From contig OZ296658.1 in NCBI GenBank assembly GCA_965655095.1, positions 89,900,001 to 89,964,000 of the forward strand: 64,000 nt of DNA, given 5' to 3'. The notes beneath the pieces were generated by a model, which was not told the origin of the DNA, did not search any database, and saw nothing but the letters and a program-made list of their open reading frames with translations. Positions within the stretch are counted from its first letter, which is position 1. The number at the start of each line of letters is the position of its first letter. The DNA comes from Haplodiscus bocki (taxonomy: Eukaryota). Below are positions 20,684 through 35,900 of this stretch, piece after piece. The position numbers and the translations under genes are program-made.

Positions 20684-23600
20684 AAACTCGAAAATATTCG
20701 AAAAAGCAACCGTTCAAAACGCGGTTGAAGATTGAGATGGTTCTCGACATATCATTCAAAAGAATTTTCCCATTAATTTCGCTGTTTTTCTCCTTGTTGG
20801 TTCTTGGAAAAAAATTGCATGAGCGATTTTTTCGAGTCATCTTTGATTCCTTCATTTTCAGCTGACACTGCAATGTTTACAATCTTTCAACAAAGTTTTG
20901 CGGACATCTTGAGATCTGTTATTTACTGGTAATAGGTTTTGGTCATTCTGATCTCTGTATTTCGCGGTATCATTGTAACCAGTGATAATGTGTCGATAAC
21001 AAACTATTCTACGTTTCAGTCGATTTTAGGGTTATTGTCAATTGCAATTTTTTGACTGTCAAAGGTTTTGAATTCGGTTATTATATTGATCGATCTGTCT
21101 TTGAAACTGCGTGTTAACTCCCACTTCGCTAAATATGTCGATTTTTTGTGGCTTCCGTTGCTAAAATTTACATGTTTTTGCGGAGTGTCCTTTCCTTTTA
21201 TATAGTGGCATTTTTACTCTGAAGCCCGCATTTATGGTGAAAGTTCAAGTTCGATGCTTTACAATATGTTCCAATTCTAAACCAAGAAGAAAAAATCTTC
21301 GTGCCATTCGTGCTCCGTATCTTGTAGCATTCTTTTTCGTTTTGGTTTTTCGTCAATTTGTTTTTTGCTTAGATTATTGCATTAACTTCTATGTTCTAAG
21401 TTCAAGTTTTATTTTATTTTTGTCGTACGTCATCTATACGTCTTCGACAATTTTCGGCAAGTATAGGTCGTTTTCTTTCATCAGTTCGGCCCCTAACATT
21501 TTATCGGTGATTGATATAAATCTAAAAACGAGTATTTCGGTTTTTAAAAAATTTTGGATCGCATTTCTCTTCCTCTAATTCCATCAGCTTCTCCCAATGT
21601 GTCTCAGGTATTTCCGTATAAGGCTGTTTTGCTCAGTAGAAATCTTCTTGGGAATTGTATTTTCTTTCATTTTTTCCGGAATTTATCTTTTCAATAGGAG
21701 CCATCGGTTACATAGTTTGATCTGGCTGTCCGTTTTAATTTAAACGTTTCTATTCGGTATGCAGATCTTGTGCTTTGGTCTGTTGGTTGGGGTCCCAGTA
21801 CTCAAAGAAGCTGTTGTTGTACCTCTCTTCTTTTGTGTTACAGCCTGTTTCAATTATTGCTTCTTATTTGAACAACGATCTCAATTCTAAATTACATTTT
21901 ACCTTCGTGTACTGCTTCAATCTTTCCAACTCTTTCCGTGGTTCAAGTTTTTGTCCCACCTGTTCTCTTAAGCGAAGAGCGTATTCGAAAATTGCTTGCG
22001 GTCATGTTTTTCTACCACCTCGGTAAGGCTTTTTTGGTAAAAGTCAAAGTATGAAAATCCTGCTGAGTGCTACATGTTCCACCCTACGGTCAAAATTTCC
22101 AAGATATTCGGTGCAAAATTCTTTTCAAATGCATTAGCAGAGAATCAAAACTGTTATGATTACGGCACGGTCCTTCAAAAAAGATTCAAACAACAATTCA
22201 AAATTTACTAATGTTTACAAAAATATTGTTCTTCGGTAAGAAGAATGATAAGGTTACGTAATCGGACAATCTGTATAGCAAAACTCGAAAATATCCGAAA
22301 AAGCAACCGTTCAAAACGCGGTTGAAGATTGAGATGGTTCTCGACATATCATTCAAAAGAATTTTCCCATTAATTTCGCTGTTTTCCTCCTTGTTGGTTC
22401 TTGGAAAAAAATTGCATGAGCGATTTTTTCGAGTCATCTTTGATTCCTTCATTTTCAGCTGACACTGCAATGTTTACAATCTTTCAACAAAGTTTTGCGG
22501 ACATCTTGAGATCTGTTATTTACTGGTAATAGGTTTTGGTCATTCTGATCTCTGTATTTCGCGGTATCATTGTAACCAGTGATAATGTGTCGATAACAAA
22601 CTATTCTACGTTTCAGTCGATTTTAGGGTTATTGTCAATTGCAATTTTTTGACTGTCAAAGGTTTTGAATTCGGTTATTATATTGATCGATCTGTCTTTG
22701 AAACTGCGTGTTAACTCCCACTTCGCTAAATATGTCGATTTTTTGTGGCTTCCGTTGCTAAAATTTACATGTTTTTGCGGAGTGTCCTTTCCTTTTATAT
22801 AGTGGCATTTTTACTCTGAAGCCCGCATTTATGGTGAAAGTTCAAGTTCGATGCTTTACAATATGTTCCAATTCTAAACCAAGAAGAAAAAATCTTCGTG
22901 CCATTCGTGCTCCGTATTTTGTAGCATTCTTTTTCGTTTTGGTTTTTCGTCAATTTGTTTTTTGCTTAGATTATTGCATTAACTTCTATGTTCTAAGTTC
23001 AAGTTTTATTTTATTTTTGTCGTACGTCATCTATACGTCTTCGACAATTTTCGGCAAGTATAGGTCGTTTTCTTTCATCAGTTCGGCCCCTAACATTTTA
23101 TCGGTGATTGATATAAATCTAAAAACGAGTATTTCGGTTTTTAAAAAATTTTGGATCGCATTTCTCTTCCTCTAATTCCATCAGCTTCTCCCAATGTGTC
23201 TCAGGTATTTCCGTATAAGGCTGTTTTGCTCAGTAGAAATCTTCTTGGGAATTGTATTTTCTTTCATTTTTTCCGGAATTTATCTTTTCAATAGGAGCCA
23301 TCGGTTACATAGTTTGATCTGGCTGTCCGTTTTAATTTAAACGTTTCTATTCGGTATGCAGATCTTGTGCTTTGGTCTGTTGGTTGGGGTCCCAGTACTC
23401 AAAGAAGCTGTTGTTGTACCTCTCTTCTTTTGTGTTACAGCCTGTTTCAATTATTGCTTCTTATTTGAACAACGATCTCAATTCTAAAATACATTTTACC
23501 TTCGTGTACTGCTTCAATCTTTCCAACTCTTTCCGTGGTTCTAGTTTTTCTCCCATCTGTTCTGTTAAGCGAAGCACGTATCCGGATGTTTCCTCTGGTC

Positions 23601-26600
23601 ATGTTTTTCTACAACCTCCGTAAGGCTTTTTTTGGTAAAAGTCAAAGTATGAAAATCCTGCTGAGTGCCACATGTTCCACCCTACCGTCAAAATTTCAAA
23701 GGTATTCGGTGGAAAATTCTTTTCAAATGTATTAGCAGAGAATCAAAACTGTGATAATTACGGCACGGTCCTTCAAATAAGATTCAAACAACAATTCAAA
23801 ATTTACTAATGTTTACAAAAATATTGTTCTTCGGTAAGAAGAATGATAAGGTTACGTAATCGGACAATCTGTATAGCAAAACTCGAAAATATTCGAAAAA
23901 GCAACCGTTCAAAACGCGGTTGAAGATTGAGATGGTTCTCGACATATCATTCAAAAGAATTTTCCCATTAATTTCGCTGTTTTTCTCCTTGTTGGTTCTT
24001 GGAAAAAAATTGCATGAGCGATTTTTTCGAGTCATCTTTGATTCCTTCATTTTCAGCTGACACTGCAATGTTTACAATCTTTCAACAAAGTTTTGCGGAC
24101 ATCTTGAGATCTGTTATTTACTGGTAATAGGTTTTGGTCATTCTGATCTCTGTATTTCGCGGTATCATTGTAACCAGTGATAATGTGTCGATAACAAACT
24201 ATTCTACGTTTCAGTCGATTTTAGGGTTATTGTCAATTGCAATTTTTTGACTGTCAAAGGTTTTGAATTCGGTTATTATATTGATCGATCTGTCTTTGAA
24301 ACTGCGTGTTAACTCCCACTTCGCTAAATATGTCGATTTTTTGTGGCTTCCGTTGCTAAAATTTACATGTTTTTGCGGAGTGTCCTTTCCTTTTATATAG
24401 TGGCATTTTTACTCTGAAGCCCGCATTTATGGTGAAAGTTCAAGTTCGATGCTTTACAATATGTTCCAATTCTAAACCAAGAAGAAAAAATCTTCGTGCC
24501 ATTCGTGCTCCGTATCTTGTAGCATTCTTTTTCGTTTTGGTTTTTCGTCAATTTGTTTTTTGCTTAGATTATTGCATTAACTTCTATGTTCTAAGTTCAA
24601 GTTTTATTTTATTTTTGTCGTACGTCATCTATACGTCTTCGACAATTTTCGGCAAGTATAGGTCGTTTTCTTTCATCAGTTCGGCCCCTAACATTTTATC
24701 GGTGATTGATATAAATCTAAAAACGAGTATTTCGGTTTTTAAAAAATTTTGGATCGCATTTCTCTTCCTCTAATTCCATCAGCTTCTCCCAATGTGTCTC
24801 AGGTATTTCCGTATAAGGCTGTTTTGCTCAGTAGAAATCTTCTTGGGAATTGTATTTTCTTTCATTTTTTCCGGAATTTATCTTTTCAATAGGAGCCATC
24901 GGTTACATAGTTTGATCTGGCTGTCCGTTTTAATTTAAACGTTTCTATTCGGTATGCAGATCTTGTGCTTTGGTCTGTTGGTTGGGGTCCCAGTACTCAA
25001 AGAAGCTGTTGTTGTACCTCTCTTCTTTTGTGTTACAGCCTGTTTCAATTATTGCTTCTTATTTGAACAACGATCTCAATTCTAAATTACATTTTACCTT
25101 CGTGTACTGCTTCAATCTTTCCAACTCTTTCCGTGGTTCAAGTTTTTGTCCCACCTGTTCTCTTAAGCGAAGAGCGTATTCGAAAATTGCTTGCGGTCAT
25201 GTTTTTCTACCACCTCGGTAAGGCTTTTTTGGTAAAAGTCAAAGTATGAAAATCCTGCTGAGTGCTACATGTTCCACCCTACGGTCAAAATTTCCAAGAT
25301 ATTCGGTGCAAAATTCTTTTCAAATGCATTAGCAGAGAATCAAAACTGTTATGATTACGGCACGGTCCTTCAAAAAAGATTCAAACAACAATTCAAAATT
25401 TACTAATGTTTACAAAAATATTGTTCTTCGGTAAGAAGAATGATAAGGTTACGTAATCGGACAATCTGTATAGCAAAACTCGAAAATATTCGAAAAAGCA
25501 ACCGTTCAAAACGCGGTTGAAGATTGAGATGGTTCTCGACATATCATTCAAAAGAATTTTCCCATTAATTTCGCTGTTTTCCTCCTTGTTGGTTCTTGGA
25601 AAAAAATTGCATGAGCGATTTTTTCGAGTCATCTTTGATTCCTTCATTTTCAGCTGACACTGCAATGTTTACAATCTTTCAACAAAGTTTTGCGGACATC
25701 TTGAGATCTGTTATTTACTGGTAATAGGTTTTGGTCATTCTGATCTCTGTATTTCGCGGTATCATTGTAACCAGTGATAATGTGTCGATAACAAACTATT
25801 CTACGTTTCAGTCGATTTTAGGGTTATTGTCAATTGCAATTTTTTGACTGTCAAAGGTTTTGAATTCGGTTATTATATTGATCGATCTGTCTTTGAAACT
25901 GCGTGTTAACTCCCACTTCGCTAAATATGTCGATTTTTTGTGGCTTCCGTTGCTAAAATTTACATGTTTTTGCGGAGTGTCCTTTCCTTTTATATAGTGG
26001 CATTTTTACTCTGAAGCCCGCATTTATGGTGAAAGTTCAAGTTCGATGCTTTACAATATGTTCCAATTCTAAACCAAGAAGAAAAAATCTTCGTGCCATT
26101 CGTGCTCCGTATTTTGTAGCATTCTTTTTCGTTTTGGTTTTTCGTCAATTTGTTTTTTGCTTAGATTATTGCATTAACTTCTATGTTCTAAGTTCAAGTT
26201 TTATTTTATTTTTGTCGTACGTCATCTATACGTCTTCGACAATTTTCGGCAAGTATAGGTCGTTTTCTTTCATCAGTTCGGCCCCTAACATTTTATCGGT
26301 GATTGATATAAATCTAAAAACGAGTATTTCGGTTTTTAAAAAATTTTGGATCGCATTTCTCTTCCTCTAATTCCATCAGCTTCTCCCAATGTGTCTCAGG
26401 TATTTCCGTATAAGGCTGTTTTGCTCAGTAGAAATCTTCTTGGGAATTGTATTTTCTTTCATTTTTTCCGGAATTTATCTTTTCAATAGGAGCCATCGGT
26501 TACATAGTTTGATCTGGCTGTCCGTTTTAATTTAAACGTTTCTATTCGGTATGCAGATCTTGTGCTTTGGTCTGTTGGTTGGGGTCCCAGTACTCAAAGA

Positions 26601-26980
26601 AGCTGTTGTTGTACCTCTCTTCTTTTGTGTTACAGCCTGTTTCAATTATTGCTTCTTATTTGAACAACGATCTCAATTCTAAAATACATTTTACCTTCGT
26701 GTACTGCTTCAATCTTTCCAACTCTTTCCGTGGTTCTAGTTTTTCTCCCATCTGTTCTGTTAAGCGAAGCACGTATCCGGATGTTTCCTCTGGTCATGTT
26801 TTTCTACAACCTCCGTAAGGCTTTTTTTGGTAAAAGTCAAAGTATGAAAATCCTGCTGAGTGCCACATGTTCCACCCTACCGTCAAAATTTCAAAGGTAT
26901 TCGGTGGAAAATTCTTTTCAAATGTATTAGCAGAGAATCAAAACTGTGATAATTACGGCACGGTCCTTCAAATAAGATTC
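20590..26980. repeat. Dimeric higher-order repeat, 2 x 3195 bp
   Basis: Variants alternate with a 3195-bp period: APYLVA at 21234/24429 versus APYFVA at 22831/26026; KEKNS at 20601/23796 versus KEENS at 22198/25393; the ORFs at 23535 and 26730 are identical. Confidence 0.9.
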
Positions 26981-29900
26981 AAACAACAATTCAAAATTTA
27001 CTAATGTTTACAAAAATATTGTTCTTCGGTAAGAAGAATGATAAGGTTACGTAATCGGACAATCTGTATAGCAAAACTCGAAAATATTCGAAAAAGCAAC
27101 CGTTCAAAACGCGGTTGAAGATTGAGATGGTTCTCGACATATCATTCAAAAGAATTTTCCCATTAATTTCGCTGTTTTCCTCCTTGTTGGTTCTTAGAAA
27201 AAAATTGCAAGAGCGATTTTCTCGAATCATCTTTGATTCCTTCATTTTGAGCCACAACTGCAATGTTTCCAAGCTTTCAACAGAGTTTTTCGGACATCTT
27301 GAGATCTGTTATTTACTGGTAATGGGTTTTCGGCATTCTGATCTCTTTATCCCGCGGTATCATTGTAACGAGTGATATTGTGTCGAGAACAAATTATTCT
27401 ACAATTCCTCAACTTTAGGGTCATTGTCGATTGAATTCTTTTGCCTGTCGAAGGTTTTGAATTCGATTATTACATTGATCGATCTGTGTTTGACACTGTG
27501 CGTGTTAACTCCTAGTTCGCTAATTATGTTTATTTTTTGTGGCTTTCGTTGCTAAAGCTTACATGCTTCTGCGGAGTGGCCTTTCCTTTGAAATAGTGGC
27601 ATTTTTACTCTGAGGCCCGCATTTATGGTGAAAGTTCAAGTTCGATGCGTAACAAAATGTTCCAATTCCAAACCAAGAAAAAAAATCTTCATTTCATTCG
27701 TGCTCCGTATGTTCTAGCAATTTTTTTTCGTTTTGGTTTTTCGTCAATTTGTTTTTTGCTTAAATTATTGCATTAAGTTCTATGTTCTAAGTTCATTAAG
27801 TTTTATTTTATTTTTTGTCGTACGTAATCTATAAGTCTTCGAAAATTTTCGGCAAGTATAGGTTTTTTCTTTCATCAGTTCAGCCCCTAACATTTTATCG
27901 GTGATTGATATAAATCTAAAAACGAGTATTTCGGTTTTTAAAAAAGTTCGGATCGCCTTTCTCTTCCTCTAATTCCATCAGCTTCTCCCAATGTGTCTCA
28001 GGTATTTCTGTATAAGGTTGTTTTGCTCAGTAGAAATCTCCTCGAGAAGTGTATTTTCTTTCATCTTTTCCGGATATTATCTTTTCAATAGGAGGCATCG
28101 GTTACATAATTAGATCTGTCTGTCCGTTTTAATTTTAAACGGTTCTATTCGGTATGCCGATCTTGTGCTTTGGTGTGTTCGCTGGCGTCCCAGTACTCAA
28201 AGTAAGTGTTGTTGTGCCTCTCTTCTTTTGTGTTACAGCCTATTTCAATTATTGCTTCTTATTTGAACAACGATCTCCTTTCTAAATTACAATTTATCTT
28301 TGTCTACTGCTTCAATCTTTCCAACTATTGTCGGTGTTTCTAGCTTCTGTCTCATCTGTTCTCTTAAGCGAAGAGCGTATTCGAAAATTGCTTGCAGTCA
28401 TGTTTTTCTACCACCTCGGTAAGGCTTTTCCGGTAAAAGTCAAAGTATGAAAATCCTGCCCACTGCTCCATGTTCCACCCTACGGTCAAAATTTCAAAGG
28501 TATTCAGTGGAAAACTCTTTTCAAATGGGTTCACAGGGAATCAAAACTGTGATGGTTACGGCACGGTCCTTTAAATAAGAGTCAAACAACAATTCAAAGT
28601 TTACTAATGTTTACAAAAAAATTGTTCTTCGGTAAGAAGAATGATAAGGTTACGTAATCGTACAATCTGTATAGCAAAATTCGAAAATATTTGAAGAAGC
28701 AACCGTTCAAAACACGGATGAAGATTGCGCTGGTTCTCTTCATATAATTCAAAAGAATTTTCCCATTAAATTGTCTGATTTCCTTCTTGTTGGATCTTGG
28801 AAAGAGATTGCATGAGCGATTTTTTCGAATCAACTTTGACTCCTTCATTTTCAGCTGCAACTTCAATGTTTCCAATCTTTCAACAAAGTTTTGTGGACAA
28901 CTGGAGATCTGTTATTTACTGGTAATAGGTTTTAGTCTTTCTGATCTCTTTATTCCGCGGTATCATTGTAACCAGTGATAATGTGTCGATAACAAATTAT
29001 TCTACGTTTCCGTCAATTTTAGGGCCAATGTCAATTGAATTCTTGTGACGGTCGAAGGATTTGAATTCCGTTATTACATTGATCGATCTGTCTTTGGCAC
29101 TGTGCGTGTTAACTCCTACTTCGCTAAATATGTTGATTTTTTTGTGGCTTTCGTTGCTAAAGCTTACATGCTTTTGCGGAGTGGCCTTACCCTTTGACAT
29201 AGTGGCATTTTTACTCTGAGGCCCGCAATAATGGTGAAAGTTCAAGTTCGATGCGTAACAATATGTTCGAATTCCAAACCAAGAAGAAAAAATCTTCGTG
29301 TCATTAGTGCTCCGTATTTTCTAGCATTTTTTTTCCTTTTCGTTTTTCGTCAATTTCTTTTATTGCTTAGATTATTGCATTAAGTTCTATGTTCTAAGTT
29401 CATTAGGTTTTATTTTTTCTGTCGTACGTAATCTATAACTCTTCGACAATTTTTGGCAAGTGTATGTCGTTTTCTTTCATCAGTTCGGCCGCTAACATTT
29501 CATCGGTGATTGATATAAATCTAAAAACGAATATTTCGGTTTTTAAAAAAGCTTGGATCGCCTTTCTCTTCCTCTAACTCCATCAGCTTCTCCCAATGTG
29601 TCTCAGCTATTTCTGTATAAGGTTGTTTTGCTCAGTAGAAATCTCCACGAGAAGTGTATTTTCTTTCATCTTTTCCGGGTATTATCTTTTCAATAGGAGG
29701 CATCGGTTACATAATTAGATCTGTCTGTCCGTTTTAATTTTAAACGGTTCTATTCGGTATGCCGATCTTGTGCTTTGGTGTGTTCGTTGGCGTCCCAGTA
29801 CTCAAAGAAAGTGTTGTTGTACCTCTCTTCTTTTGTGTTATAGCCTGTTTCAACTATTGCTTCTTATTTGAACAACGATCTCCTTTCTAAATTACAATTT

Positions 29901-32900
29901 ATCTTTGTGTACTGCTTCAATCTTTCCAACTATTGTCGGTGTTTCTAGCTTCTGTCCCATCTGTTCTCTTAAGCGAAAAACGTATTCGAACATTGCCTGC
30001 GGTCATGTTTTTCTACCACCTCGGTAAGGCTTTTCCGGTAAAAGTCAAAGTATGAAAATCCTGCCCACTGCTCCATGTTCCACCCTACGGTCAAAATTTC
30101 AAAGGTATTCAGTGGAAAACTCTTTTCAAATGGGTTCACAGAGAATCAAAACTGTAATGATTACGGCACGGTCCTTTGAATGAGAGTCAAACAACAATTC
30201 AAAGTTTACTAATGTTTACAAAAATATTGTTCTTCGGTAGGAAGAATGATAAGGTTACGTAATCGAACAATCTGTATAGCAAAGCTCGAGAAAATTTGAA
30301 AAAGCAATCGATCAAAACGCGGATGAATAGATTGAACTGGTTCTGGACATATCATTCAAAAGAATTTCCCCATTAATTTGGCTGTTTTCCTTCATGTTGG
30401 TTCTTAGAAAAAAAATGCATGAGCGATTTTTTCGAATCATCTTTGACTCCTTAATTTTTCAGCCACAACTGCAATGTTTCCAAGCTTTCAACAGAGTTTT
30501 TCGGACATCTTGAGATCTGTTATTTACTAGAAATGGGTTTTGGGCATTCTGATCTCTTTATCCCGCGGTATCATTGTAACGAGTGATATTGTGTCGAGAA
30601 CAAATTATTCTACGTTTCAGTCGATTTTAGGGTCATCGTCAATTGAAATTAATTGACTGTCAAAGGTTTTGAATTCAGTTATTACATTGATCGATGCCTT
30701 TGAAACTGTGCGTGTTAACTCCTATTTCGCTAAATATGTTGACTTTTTGTCGCTTCCGCTGCTAAAATTTACATGTTTTTGCGGAGTGTCCTTTCCTTTA
30801 GAAAGTGGCATTTTTACTCTGAAGCCCGCATTTATGGTGAGAGTTCAAGTTCGATCCGTTACAATATGTTCAAATTCTAAACCAAGAAGAAAAAATCTTC
30901 GTGTCTTTCGTGCTCCGTATTTTCTAGCATTTTTTTTCCTTTTCGTTTTTCGTCAATATCTTTTTTGCTTAGATTATTGCATTAAGTTCTATGTTCTAAG
31001 TTCATTAGGTTTTATTTTATTTTTATCTTACGTAATCTTAAACTCGTCGACAATTTTCGGCAAGTGTAGGTCGTTTTCTTTCACCAGTTCGGCCCCTAAC
31101 ATTTCATCGGTGATTGATATAATTCTAAAAACGAGTATTTCGGTTTTTGAAAAAGTTTGGATCGCCTTTCTCTTCCTCTAGCTCCATCAGCTTCTCCCAA
31201 TGTGTCTCAGCTATTTCTGTATAACGTTGTTCTGCTCAGTAGAAATCTCTTTAGGAATTGTATTTTCTTTCATCTTTTCCGGGATTTATCTTTTCAATAG
31301 GAGCCATCGGTTACATAATTTGATCTGTCTGTCCGTTTTAATTTAAACGCTTCTACTCGGTATGCAGATCTTGTGCTTTGGTCTGTTAGTTGGGGTCCCA
31401 GTACTCAAAGAAACTGTTGTTGTACCTCTCTTCTTTTGTGTTACAGCCTGTTTCAATTATTGCTTCTTATCTGAACAACGATCTCAATTCTAAATTACAT
31501 TTTATCTTCGTGTACTGCTTCAATCTTTCCAACTATTGTCGATGTTCCTAGTTTTTGTCCCATCTGTTCTCTTAGGCGAAGCACGTATTCGGATATTCCC
31601 TCCGGTCATGTTTTTCTACCACCTCGATAAGGCTTTTTCGGTAAAAGTCAAAGTATGAAAATCCTGCTGACTGCTCCATGTTCCACCCTACGGTCAAAAT
31701 TTCAAAGGTATTCAGTGGAAAATTCTTTTCAAATAGGTTCACAGGGAACCAAAACTGTGATGATTACGGCACGGTCCTTTATTTAAGAGTGAAACAACAA
31801 TTCAAAGTTTACTAATGTTTACAAAATTATTGTTCTTCGGTAAGAAAAATGATGAGGTTACGTAATCGGACAATCTGTATAGCAAACCTCGAGAAAATTT
31901 GAAAAAGCAACCGTTCAAAACGCGGATGAACACATTGAGCTGGTCCTCGTCATATCATTCAAAAGTATTTCCCCATTAATTTGGCTGTTTTCCTTCCTGT
32001 TGGTTCTTAGAGAAAAATTGCATGAGCAATTTTATCGAATCATTTTTGATTCCTTATTTTTTCAGCTACAACTGCAATGCTTCCAATCTTTCAACAAAGA
32101 TTTGCGGACATCTTGAGATCTGTTATTTACTGGTAATCGGTTTCGGGCATTCTGATCTCTTTATCCCGCCGTATCATTGTAACGAGTAATAATGTGTCGA
32201 TAACAAATTATTCTACGTTTCAGTCGATTTTAGAGTCATCGTCAATTGAAATTAATTGACTGTCAAAGGTTTTGAATTCAGTTATTACATTGATCGATGT
32301 CTTTGAAACTGTGCGTCTCAAGTCCTATTTCGCCATATATGTTGATTTTTTGTGGCTTCCGTTGCTAAAATTTACATGCTTTTGCGGAGTGGCCTTTCCT
32401 TTGACATAGTGGCCATATTACTCTGAAGCCCGCATTCGTGGTGAAAGTTCAAGTTCGATCCGTTACAATATGTTCAAATTCTAAACCAAGAAGAGAAAAG
32501 TCTTCGTGTCATTTGTGCTCCGCTTTGTCTAGCATTTTTTTTCGTTTTGGTTTTTCGTCGATATCTTTTTTGCTTGGATTGTTGCATTAAGTTCTGTTAT
32601 TTTATATCTGTCGTACGTAATCTACAATTGTTCGACAATTTTCGGCAAGTGTAGGTCCTTCTCTTTCATCAGTCCGGCCCCTAAAAAATTATCGGTGATT
32701 GAGGATATAAATCTAAAGACGAATATTTCGGTTTTTCAATAGAGTCTGGATCGCCTTTCTCTTCCTCTAATTCCATCAGCTTCTCCCAATGTGTCTCAGG
32801 TTCTTCCGTATAAGGCTGTTTTGCTCAGTAGAAATCTCTTCGGGATTTGCATTTTCTTTCATCTTTTCCGGAATTTATCTTTTCAATAGGAGCCATCGGT

Positions 32901-35900
32901 TACATAATTTGATCTGTCTGTCCGTTTTAATTTAAACGCTTCTACTCGGTATGCAGATCTTGTGCTTTGGTCTGTTAGTTGGGGTCCCAGTACTCAAAGA
33001 AACTGTTGTTGTACCTCTCTTCTTTTGTGTTACAGCCTATTTCAATTATTGCTTCTTATTTGAACAACGATCTCAATTCTAAAATACATTTTATCTTCGT
33101 GTACTGCTTCAATCTTTCCAACTCTTTCCGTGGTTCTAGTTTTTGTCCCATCTGTTCTCTTAGGCGAAGCACGTATTCGGATATTCTCTCCGGTCATGTT
33201 TTTCTACCAACTCGGTAAGGCTTTTTCGGTAAAAGTCAAAGTATGAAATTCCTGCTGACTGCTCCATGTTCCACCCAACGGTCAAAATTTCAAAGGTATT
33301 CAGTGGAAAATTCTTCCAAATGGGTTCACAGAGAATCAAAACTGTGATGATTACGGCACGGTCCATTAAAAAAGAGTCAAACAACGATTCGAATTTTACT
33401 AATGTTTACAAAATTATTGCTTTCCGGTAAGAAGAATGATAAGGTTACGTAATCGGACAATCTGTATAGCAAAACTCGAGAATATTTGAAAAAGAAACCG
33501 TTCAAAACGCGGATGAAGGGATTGAACTGGTTCTCGTCATATCATTCAAAAGAAATATCCCATTAATTTGGCTGTTTTCCTCCTTGTTGGTTCTTAGAAA
33601 AAAAATTGCATGATCGATTTTTTCGAGTCATCTTTGATTCCATTTTCAGCTGCAACTGCAATGATTACAGTTGTTCAACAAAGTTTTGCGGACATTTTCA
33701 GATCTGGTATTTACTGGTAATGGGTTTTGGGCATTGTGATCTCTTTATCCCGCGGTATCATTGTAACGAGTGATAATGTGTCGATAACAAATTATTCTAC
33801 GTTTCAGTCGATTTTAGGGTCATCGTCAATTGAAATTAATTGACTGTCAAAGGTTTTGAATTCAGTTACTACAATGATCGATGCCTTTGAAACTGTGCGT
33901 GTTAACTCCTATTTCGCTAAATATGTTGACTTTTTGCCGCTTCCGTTGCTAAAATTTACATGTTTTTGCGGAGTGTCCTTTCCTTTTATATACTGGCATT
34001 TTTACTCTAAAGCCCGCATTTATGGTGAAAGTTCAAGTTCGATCCGTTACAATATGTTCAAATTCTAAACCACGAAAAAAAAATCTTCGTGTCTTTCGTG
34101 CTCCGTATTTTCTAGCATTTTTTTTTCCTTTTCGCTTTTCGTCAAAATCTTTTTTGATTAGATTATTGCATTAAGTTCCATGTTCTAAGTTCATTAGGTT
34201 TTATTTTATTTTTGACTGGCGTAATCTTAAACTCGTCGACAATTTTCGGCAAGTGTAGGTCGTTTTCTTTCACCAGTTGGGCCCCTAACATTTCATCGGT
34301 GATTGATATAATTCTAAAAACGAGTATTTCGGTTTTTAAAAAAGTTTGGATCGCCTTTCTCTTCCTCTAATTCCATCAGCTTCTCCCAATGTGTCTCAGG
34401 TATTTCCGTATAAGGCTGTTTTGCTCAGTAGAAATCTCTTTAGGATTTGTATTTTCTTTCATCTTTTCCGGAATTTATCTTTTCAATAGGAGCCATCGGT
34501 TACATAATTTGATCTGTCTGTCCGTTTTAATTTAAACGCTTCTACTCGGTATGCAGATCTTGTGCTTTGGTCTGTTAGTTGCGGTCCCAGTACTCAAAGA
34601 AACTGTTGTTGTACCTCTCTTCTTTTGTGTTACAGCCCGTTTCAATTATTGCTTCTTATCTGAACAACGATCCCAATTCTAAATTACATTTTATCTTCGT
34701 GTACTGCTTCAATCTTTCCAACTATTGTCGATGTTCCTAGTTTTTGTCCCATCTGTTCTCTTAGGCGAAGCACGTATTCGGATATTCCCTCCGGTCATGT
34801 TTTTCTACCACCTCGATAGGGCTTTTTCGGTAAAAGTCAAAGTATGAAAATCTTGTTGACTGCTCCATGTTCCACCCTACGGTCAAAATTTCAAAGGTAT
34901 TCAGTGGAAAATTCTTTTCAAATAGGTTCACAGGGAACCAAAACTGTGATGGTGTGATGGTTACGGCACGGTCCTTTTTTCAAGAGTCAAACAACAATTC
35001 AAAGTTTACTAATGTTTACAAAATTATTGTTCTTCGTAAGAAAAATGATAAGGTTACGTAATCGGACAATCTGTATAGCAAACCTCGAGGAAATTGCAAA
35101 AAGCAACCGTTCAAAACGCGGATGAACACATTGAGCTGGTCCTCGTCATATCATTCAAAAGAATTTCCCCATTAATTTGGCTGTTTTCCTTCCTGTTGGT
35201 TCTTAGAGAAAAATTGCAAGAGCAATTTTATCGAATCATTTTTGATTCCTTAATTTTTCAGCTACAACTGCAATGCTTCCAATCTTTCAACAAAGATTTG
35301 CGGACATCTTGAGATCTGTTATTTACTGGTAATCGGTTTCGGGCATTCTGATCTCTTTATCCCGCGGTATCATTGTAACGAGTAATAATGTGTCGATAAC
35401 AAATTATTCTACGTTTCAGTCGATTTTAGGGTCATCGTCAATTGAAATTAATTGAGTGTCAAAGGTTTTGAATTCAGTTATTACATTGATCGATGTCTTT
35501 GAAACTGTGCGTCTCAAGTCCTATTTCGCCATATATGTTGATTTTTTGTGGCTTCCGTTGCTAAAATTTACATGCTTTTGCGGAGTGGCCTTTCCTTTGA
35601 CATAGTGGCCATATTACTCTGAAGCCCGCATTCATGGTGAAAGTTCAAGTTCGATCCGTTACAATATGTTCAAATTCTAAACCAAGAAGAGAAAAGTCTT
35701 CGTGTCATTCGTGCTCCGCTTTGTCTAGCATTTTTTTTCGTTTTGGTTTTTTGTCAATATCTTTTTTGCTTGGATTGTTGCATTAAGTTCTGTTATTTTA
35801 TATCTGTCGTACGTAATCTACAATTTGTTCGACAATTTTCGGCAAGTGTAGGTCGTTCTCTTTTATCAGTTCGGCCCCTAAAAATTTATCGGTGATTGAG

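Noticed and set aside
20590-26980. Assembly artefact as the cause of the array
   Set aside because: Units across the array carry many distinct, structured variants, and even the dimer copies differ (FFGYF versus FFEYF). Exact copy number in near-identical runs still needs read support.
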